From: Promethearchaeota archaeon
GTDB lineage: Archaea; Asgardarchaeota; Lokiarchaeia; Sigyniarchaeales; SOKP01
Length of the DNA: 64,000 nucleotides
NCBI GenBank assembly: GCA_030599585.1
Contig: JAUVNS010000012.1
Location: forward strand, 1 to 64,000
Direction of reading: 5' to 3'
The position numbers were made by a program, and so were the translations under genes. Below, piece after piece: positions 57,582 to 64,000 of this stretch (position 1 is its first letter; each line of letters begins with the position of its first letter). Below the pieces are notes generated by a model. It was not told the origin of the DNA. It saw only the letters and a program-made list of their open reading frames with translations, and ran no database searches.

Positions 57582-58880
57582 GTGGGAATTCTCATGAAAG
57601 ATTTTTCGGAATTATTTAAAGCTAAGCGTATAAATTACATACAATTTCAATTCACATCAATTCTAGGGGAATTTAAAGGTGTTGACTTCCCGGTAAAAAT
57701 ATGGGACTCCATGAAAGATGGAACTGGCATCGACGGGTCAAGTCTCGGATTTTTAAAAGCAGAACAAAGTGATATGAAAGTTATCCCAGATTTAAACACG
57801 TTTGCGATCCTTCCATGGAATCCTAGGGTTGGGAGATTTATATGCGATGTAACTGACAATAAAGGCAATGCTTATCCTACCTGTCCACGAGGAATATTAA
57901 GAAAAATAATTGGAAAAGCGACTTCGTTAGGTTATAATTTTTTAACAAGACCAGAATTAGAATGGTATTTCATAACAAATGACCAAGAGTTCGCAGATAA
58001 TGGCGGATACATGGATCTTCCCCCGAAAGACCCCTACCAAGAATTACGCCTTCAGATCTCTGACAATATGACAAACATGGGCATTGGTGTAAAAACAATT
58101 CACCACGAGGTCGGTCCTAGCCAACATGAAATTGAATTTCTCCCTAATAATGCTCTAATTCAAGCCGATAACGTACAAACAGCGAAATTGATAGTAAAAA
58201 TTGAAGCTAATCGTAACAATTTAATTTCTACATTTATGCCAAAGCCATTTCCATTAGTAGCGGGAAGTGGTTTGCATTTACATCAATATTTAGAAAAAGA
58301 TCAGAAGAATGTTTTTGCTGATGGAGACGCAAGTATAAGCGATATTCTCCGTTATTACATTGGTGGGATTCAAAAACATGCTGATTCTATCTCAGCGATT
58401 TTGAATCCAATCACAAATTCGTATAAAAGGCTTGTTCCTAATCACGAAGCCCCAGTTTATATATCTTGGGGTATAGGTAATAGAACTGCCTTAATTCGAG
58501 TACCTGGATACGAAAAATCTGCTAGACTCGAATATCGGGCTGGTGATGCGTCAATGAATATATATTTAGGAACAGCTATTCTACTCGCAGCTGGCTTAGA
58601 TGGAATAAAAAATAAAATCGAACCAAACACACCAGTCACAGAAAATATTGATAATTTATCTAAGGAAAAGCATCAAACTTTAGGAATTAAAAAATTACCC
58701 CAAGACCTTTCTAAAGCTTTAAAATCCTTCGAAAATAGTAAATTTATCCAGAAAAATCTTGGAAAACAATTTGTAGAAATTTTTGTGGATATTAAAAATA
58801 AAGAAATAGAAGAATACAAGATTGCTAAAAATGACGGAAAAGAAGCGGAATGGGAACTAAATAGATATTTACTACTATAA
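57582..58880 (+). CDS. glnA: Glutamine synthetase type I family
   Basis: IDGSS, HHEVGPSQHEI, FMPKP..GSGLHLH, NSYKRLVP, NRTALIR. Confidence 0.9.
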   Translation: MGILMKDFSELFKAKRINYIQFQFTSILGEFKGVDFPVKIWDSMKDGTGIDGSSLGFLKAEQSDMKVIPDLNTFAILPWNPRVGRFICDVTDNKGNAYPTCPRGILRKIIGKATSLGYNFLTRPELEWYFITNDQEFADNGGYMDLPPKDPYQELRLQISDNMTNMGIGVKTIHHEVGPSQHEIEFLPNNALIQADNVQTAKLIVKIEANRNNLISTFMPKPFPLVAGSGLHLHQYLEKDQKNVFADGDASISDILRYYIGGIQKHADSISAILNPITNSYKRLVPNHEAPVYISWGIGNRTALIRVPGYEKSARLEYRAGDASMNIYLGTAILLAAGLDGIKNKIEPNTPVTENIDNLSKEKHQTLGIKKLPQDLSKALKSFENSKFIQKNLGKQFVEIFVDIKNKEIEEYKIAKNDGKEAEWELNRYLLL

Positions 58881-58886
58881 AATACT

Positions 58887-60425
58887 TTATTTGTAGATCG
58901 CGTAATTTTCGTCTAAATTTTTCCTAAGGTTTAGTGAAAGATTAAACCTTTTAGCATAAAACTCAAAAATAATACTGTCTATTGATTTCTGTTCCTCAGA
59001 ATAATCGTAGGACAAATTTTTCTTCTTATTTTCAACAATTTTTTTAACCAGCAAACTTACAGCATCCATCGTTCCTTTATCAGGTTTAATAAAAGGTAAC
59101 GAGTGTATTCCAGTTAGTTGAATGCTATTAGTATTGTTTAAAATACCTTTAGATAAGTAATTGTATAACGAACTATTCAATAATCCTAAAAAATATTCAA
59201 TTGAGATGGAATTATCTTCAACAATAAATCCCATTGCTTTATTAGAATCCCAATAACACCCCTTAGGCATATAGCGCGCGGCTAATCTCGAACTAACACC
59301 ACTTACTACAATCCCTTCCTCTCCAAAAGGGACTGATTTAGGAATATCGTAAATTGGTATTGACTCTTGTTTCCAATCTAGAGCCTCCATAACAGGTCTA
59401 TAATATTGGTCCCCTCCACCTCTTTTTAAATAAGGTTTCCATCTTCCTGATTCCAGATCGATTCGAGAGATGACTTTAAATTTATCGCTTTTATTTTTAT
59501 TTCTACTATTCTTTCTAAAAATGGCCTCTAATTCAGTGTTTTCAATCGCGGCTATGAATTTCTTATTATCATGAGTATGCATTCCAATATAACCCTTTAT
59601 AAAAAGTTCAAGTTTAGGTGAGTTTTCAAACAAATCTAATATTTGGTCCTCAGCGTCCACGAAAAAGATGTTAAAAGGGAGCGATTTATACATCTTCTGT
59701 TTAATTTCGGTTATTATTGGAGGTTTCCAATATTCATCTTCGCTTTTAATACGCGGGATAATTTTCATAATGTTATTATCCCGAACTTGCTCGTTGTCAT
59801 CCTTGGAACACTTAGTAAGAATAATAATTACAGGGTAGGTACTTACTTTTTGCTTATCAAATAAATTAATTGGAGCAAGTAAAATCTCATTTATAACGCA
59901 ATTATTAAGAATAAAATTTCTTAATTTAGAATGTGTATTTAGAGTTAAAAACGAATCACTCATAATAAAGCCCAATTTCCCGCCCTCTTTTAACCGCCAT
60001 ATACCATTTACTATAAACATTGAATATGTTTCGTGAGCGTTGATCTTTCCATAAATTTTTTTTAGTTCAGTTCTGTTTTTCCTTACGTAACTACTTGCTT
60101 TATTCAAGTATGGAGGATTTCCAACAACAAAATCAAACTCTCCGTAAAATTCTGGAGTTATCGATAATAAGTTATCTAAATTTTTAAAACTCACTCCTAA
60201 ATTTTTAATTATTGGCTCATAAGTTGGATCTATATCAAAGGCATGAATTTGGTTTTGATTTACACCTGCTTTTATTAATGTTTCAACAAAAATTCCTGGG
60301 CCTACGCATGGATCCAATATTTTTTGACTTTTTTTAATCGTACCTAATTTGGACACTATGTATTCCGCGGTTTTAGGAGGAGTTAACACAACCCCCAATT
60401 CTTTTCCCATCAAATCCTTTTTCAT
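58887..60425 (-). CDS. N6-adenine DNA methyltransferase (TaqI/Eco57I-like gamma class), orphan
   Basis: ILDPCVGPGIF, VGNPPY, C-terminal TRD-like LGLLNS; no adjacent nuclease. Confidence 0.88.
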   Translation of the reverse strand: MKKDLMGKELGVVLTPPKTAEYIVSKLGTIKKSQKILDPCVGPGIFVETLIKAGVNQNQIHAFDIDPTYEPIIKNLGVSFKNLDNLLSITPEFYGEFDFVVGNPPYLNKASSYVRKNRTELKKIYGKINAHETYSMFIVNGIWRLKEGGKLGFIMSDSFLTLNTHSKLRNFILNNCVINEILLAPINLFDKQKVSTYPVIIILTKCSKDDNEQVRDNNIMKIIPRIKSEDEYWKPPIITEIKQKMYKSLPFNIFFVDAEDQILDLFENSPKLELFIKGYIGMHTHDNKKFIAAIENTELEAIFRKNSRNKNKSDKFKVISRIDLESGRWKPYLKRGGGDQYYRPVMEALDWKQESIPIYDIPKSVPFGEEGIVVSGVSSRLAARYMPKGCYWDSNKAMGFIVEDNSISIEYFLGLLNSSLYNYLSKGILNNTNSIQLTGIHSLPFIKPDKGTMDAVSLLVKKIVENKKKNLSYDYSEEQKSIDSIIFEFYAKRFNLSLNLRKNLDENYAIYK

Positions 60426-60452
60426 ACGATAATCTTATATTATATATCTAGA

Positions 60453-61622
60453 TTAAGTTTGGTTGTCTGAAGCTATTAAGTTATCGATGATCATTTCGCA
60501 TAATTTTTTTAAAAGAGGTACATCTACCTTATCTACTGTGTCGTGTATTGAATGTATGTATTCGTACGATTCTAGATCACCTATCCCAATACCATAAAAT
60601 TTCTTCTTTTTCAAATAGTAACCATCAGAAAAAGTTCCAAAATAGATTTTTTTTGGATTCCTCTTAATTTCTATCCCCTTTTTGTTCTTTAAAAACATTT
60701 CAAAGATAGTTTCCACTTGTTTTGACCTTTTTTTTCCCGGAAATAGGTATAAATTTCTTGCTATTGCATCAAAATTAAAAAAGAATGATTGTTCCTTATT
60801 TACCCCAGATATTATATTATAAAAATTCCTAATTCCCATAGTCCCGCATTCTTCAGCTCCAGTAAATACAAACCATAAGTTAAAATTTTCTAACCTTGAT
60901 TCTAGATTTGTAAAATGGTTTAATAATTCGAGTACAATTGCTATTCCAGAAGAGTTGTCAATTGCTCCTATAGATTCATCATTTGTAGTGTTTAATAAAA
61001 ATAGAATTGTAGCAATTAAGTTGACTCCTAAAACTACAATTCCTAACACATGGAGCTGTACATACAAAGAAGGAAGAAGATAGTTTCGAAAGATTAAGAT
61101 AAAAACTAGTATTATCCACGAAAAAACCCATGTTCGGATAATTCGAACCCGCCCAAGAATCGAAAATCTTTGTCCTTTTGAATCCAAATGGCACATAAAA
61201 AGGATATTTCCCATTTTGCGTTCTTCTTTTCCGTTGTCTCTCTCGTTGTGTTTAGCTCTAATTTTTACATAAAGATTTTCGGAATTCAATTTGTTCTTTA
61301 TTCTAATATTTTCTGGTTTCCTCGTAAGTAACAGTAAAACAACCATCAACATAGCTATGAAAGCTAAAGAAATGGGAATTATAATAGTAATTACATTTAT
61401 AAATAACAAAAAAAGGATAGCAAATCCTGAAACGAAAGCTATTTTTGGATAAACTCTACCAAAAAATGTGCTAAACACAAAAGTTTGACTCAGCGGATCC
61501 TGATTCAAATCTTCTACTTTAGAACGAGCTAATTTCAGCGCTTTTTTTTCACCATCCGTTCCTGATAATCTAGGAAATGAAAAAGTTGTTAAATTCTCTT
61601 TTAAACGTTTCTCATCGATCAT
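60453..61622 (-). CDS. M28 family membrane metallopeptidase
   Basis: CHLDSK, GAIDNSSG, GAEECG, IHSIHDT; TM insertions. Confidence 0.88.
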   Translation of the reverse strand: MIDEKRLKENLTTFSFPRLSGTDGEKKALKLARSKVEDLNQDPLSQTFVFSTFFGRVYPKIAFVSGFAILFLLFINVITIIIPISLAFIAMLMVVLLLLTRKPENIRIKNKLNSENLYVKIRAKHNERDNGKEERKMGNILFMCHLDSKGQRFSILGRVRIIRTWVFSWIILVFILIFRNYLLPSLYVQLHVLGIVVLGVNLIATILFLLNTTNDESIGAIDNSSGIAIVLELLNHFTNLESRLENFNLWFVFTGAEECGTMGIRNFYNIISGVNKEQSFFFNFDAIARNLYLFPGKKRSKQVETIFEMFLKNKKGIEIKRNPKKIYFGTFSDGYYLKKKKFYGIGIGDLESYEYIHSIHDTVDKVDVPLLKKLCEMIIDNLIASDNQT

Positions 61623-61641
61623 TTATCTACCCTACTATATT

Positions 61642-63306
61642 TTATTCCAAATAAGCTCCGTACTTAGCAGAACTTACGAGCTTTCTATAAATTCTTAAAT
61701 ATCCTTTCTTAACAATCGATTCCGGCCTTTTCCAATTATTTAATCTATCTTCTATTTCTTCTTTCGATACTATTAAGGTAAGCTGTCGATTAGCTATATC
61801 GATTTCGATCTCATCTCCATCACGAACGATTGAAATTGGTCCTCCATCGTAAGCTTCTGGACACACATGTCCGATACACGGTCCTCTTGTAGCACCTGAA
61901 TACCTTCCATCTGTAATCATGGCGACTGATTCACCTAATCCCATGCCGATAAGAACTGCTGCTGGTATTGATAATTCTCTCATCCCAGGTCCCCCCTTAG
62001 GTCCTTCGTTTCTAATTACTACTACATCTCCTTCTTTGATTTTATCTTCTGTTAACGCATCCATTATTTCCTCTTCCGATTCAAACACCTTTGCATATCC
62101 TTTATGATATTTCATCTTATCACTTACTGCGCTTTGTTTTATTATCGCTCCTTCTGGTGCTAAATTCCCTTTTAATACCGCAATTCCTCCCTCAGCAGAA
62201 ATTGGATCTTCTATAGATCTTATAATATGGTATTCGTGGATCATTACTTTTTCGAGGTACTCTTTTAAAGGGTCTCCTAAAACATTTATGGTTGATAAGT
62301 CTAGTTTCTTCGCTAATTTCTTCATCACGACCTTAACTCCTCCTGCTTCGTGAAACTCTGTGATCGTGTACTCAGACGAAGGTTTAAATTTAGCCAAAAG
62401 AGGGACAGATTTACTTAGCTCATCGAAATCAAAGTGGTTTAAAGAGCCGCCTATTTCGTGTGATAACGCGCACATGTGAAGAATCATATTTGTTGAGCCT
62501 CCAAAGGAAAGGGCAACTTTAGAGGCATTTATAATTGATTGATTAGTTATTAAAGTTAAAGCGGTTATTTTTTTTTCTACAAGATTTACTATTGCTTTTC
62601 CAGTTTCTCTACTCAATTCTTGACGTTCAGTTCCAATAGCACTTAGAGTAGCACAATCAGGTAAAGAAAGCCCTAATGCTTCAACAATGCACGCCATTGT
62701 GTTTGCAGTGCCCATCATATTACATGCTCCCGCAGAACAACAAGTTTGCGACTCAATAAGGTATAATTCTTCTGAAGTTATTTTCTTTGATTTATATTGA
62801 CCTATTGCCTCTTTTATATCGGATGTGACATAGGTCTTCCCTTTTAATGAACCAGTTGTAAAAGTTTTAGGCTCCATTATTCCCCCAGTTAGAAAAATAG
62901 TTGGAATATCGCACCTAACAGCTGCTAAAAGCATGCCTGGAATAATTTTATCACAAGAACAAATCATAACCATTCCATCAAACTCATAGGCTTTTATTGT
63001 GCTTTCAATTGATGAAGCGATGATTTCTCGCGTAGGTAAAACAAATTTAGAATTATTGCCTGAATTAGCAATTCCATCGCAAAGCGCTATAGTATTGAAT
63101 TCCATAGGCGTTCCTCCAGCATCTCTTATTCCGTCTTTTACAAATTCACTTAATTTACGTAAATGAATATGTCCGGGATTTATTTCATTCCACGAGTTCA
63201 CTATTGCTATTAAAGGTTTTTCCAAATCCTGATAAGAATATCCACATCCATGAAATAATGCTCTTTTATAAGCTAAAAGTGGATTCAATTCTTTTTTTTC
63301 TAACAT
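61642..63306 (-). CDS. ilvD: Dihydroxy-acid dehydratase
   Basis: [34 protein letters not shown]. Confidence 0.94.
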   Translation of the reverse strand: MLEKKELNPLLAYKRALFHGCGYSYQDLEKPLIAIVNSWNEINPGHIHLRKLSEFVKDGIRDAGGTPMEFNTIALCDGIANSGNNSKFVLPTREIIASSIESTIKAYEFDGMVMICSCDKIIPGMLLAAVRCDIPTIFLTGGIMEPKTFTTGSLKGKTYVTSDIKEAIGQYKSKKITSEELYLIESQTCCSAGACNMMGTANTMACIVEALGLSLPDCATLSAIGTERQELSRETGKAIVNLVEKKITALTLITNQSIINASKVALSFGGSTNMILHMCALSHEIGGSLNHFDFDELSKSVPLLAKFKPSSEYTITEFHEAGGVKVVMKKLAKKLDLSTINVLGDPLKEYLEKVMIHEYHIIRSIEDPISAEGGIAVLKGNLAPEGAIIKQSAVSDKMKYHKGYAKVFESEEEIMDALTEDKIKEGDVVVIRNEGPKGGPGMRELSIPAAVLIGMGLGESVAMITDGRYSGATRGPCIGHVCPEAYDGGPISIVRDGDEIEIDIANRQLTLIVSKEEIEDRLNNWKRPESIVKKGYLRIYRKLVSSAKYGAYLE

Positions 63307-63416
63307 CGTATATTATCAAATCCGCTCATGGTTTAATTATATTTAACGTAAAATTACATCTAAATATTATTTTAAGGCATAATTCTTTTATCTAAATCTT
63401 AGGAAAGTAGATATTT

Positions 63417-64000
63417 CTAAAATCTGAGAGAGAGACAAGAAAGACCTCCATCCATCTTTTCAAATTCAGACATTTCAAGCTCTATGACTCTAAAACTAAA
63501 GTTTAGGAGTTGTTTCTTTAAGTTTACATACCCTTTTGGTATAAGCACATATTTATTTACCCTTAGGCTATTTGTTGCGTAAACTTCACTTTCTTGAACT
63601 TCAATGAGATTATACTTTCTAAAATCGGGATGGTTTTTAAATTCCCCAGATACAAGTAAAATTGCATCCCCTAAATAAGATATTCCCGTTTTTAAGTGGA
63701 GGACTTTTTTAAGAGGAACTGTGGTCGAAGAATATCCATATCTTTTTAAAATCCTCTTTAATTGATTAGCTCCTTCATCATTTGTTCTATTCGAAAGTCC
63801 TATGTAATAATGTTCTTCAACCTTCATTATGTCTCCTCCTTCTAACGTACCAGGATTTCTTATTGATTCCAATGTGTTGTAAAATGTCTTTAATTTATCC
63901 TTAATTTCAATTTGTTCACCCTGTCTACTTTTTACTCCAAAATTAGTTGTTACAGCGAAAGCTTCATCCACTATTGCAGTGTCTTCAACAAAAGTCGAAT
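63417..64000 (-). CDS. Dimethylarginine dimethylaminohydrolase/amidinotransferase family, 5' end beyond the window
   Basis: STFVEDTAIV (upstream of the track start), LEGGD, LHLKTG, DGGLSCLS. Confidence 0.88.
   Translation of the reverse strand, partial: STFVEDTAIVDEAFAVTTNFGVKSRQGEQIEIKDKLKTFYNTLESIRNPGTLEGGDIMKVEEHYYIGLSNRTNDEGANQLKRILKRYGYSSTTVPLKKVLHLKTGISYLGDAILLVSGEFKNHPDFRKYNLIEVQESEVYATNSLRVNKYVLIPKGYVNLKKQLLNFSFRVIELEMSEFEKMDGGLSCLSLRF

Noticed and set aside
3331-63395. Numerous short opposite-strand or nested ORFs in the track (e.g. 3331-3660, 30257-30754, 42851-43330, 55599-56096)
   Set aside because: Shadow frames of well-supported genes.
1-64000. Selenoprotein genes, SECIS elements, CRISPR arrays, rRNA, IS transposases
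   Set aside because: No TGA-terminated ORF showed homologous continuation, no convincing SECIS was seen by eye, and no spaced repeats, rRNA or transposase were recognised. A covariance-model search would be needed to exclude SECIS.

Overview
An AT-rich archaeal chromosomal segment that looks like Asgard archaea, most likely Lokiarchaeia. This is inferred from archaeal ribosomal operons, Sec machinery, Vps28-like, roadblock-, longin- and Yip1-like proteins, and Loki-CTERM-like anchors. Layout: (1) 1-3050 is an accessory, mobile-element-like block that abuts a 5'-truncated rps4e. (2) The spc-type r-protein operon runs from uL5 to uL15. (3) A probable cobalamin ECF locus. (4) A selenocysteine cluster with selB, an intron-containing tRNA-Sec and SepSecS. 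(5) tRNA-Ile(UAU) and tRNA-Ser(GGA), both with introns. (6) rtcA, Yip1/Vps28, eL34-cmk-eL14, secY and the uL11-uL1-uL10-P1 operon. (7) Housekeeping metabolism (aro, leu/ilv, glnA, tmk, adk), a radical-SAM/DUF4130 pair and an orphan adenine MTase. Top observation: the uL11 (rpl11) gene is interrupted by a 28-nt insertion that folds into a bulge-helix-bulge (BHB) motif. Cutting at the standard tRNA-splicing-endonuclease positions restores the frame and the conserved GPxGxNI motif exactly, so this is a candidate protein-coding mRNA intron in an Asgard archaeon. Other notable items are two unannotated paralogous 25-28 aa micro-ORFs with strong SD sites next to tRNA-Sec, a two-intron tRNA-Ile(UAU), a two-intron tRNA-Sec and a probable ATA start codon for uS8. 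All family calls come from reading motifs by eye; no database search was run.
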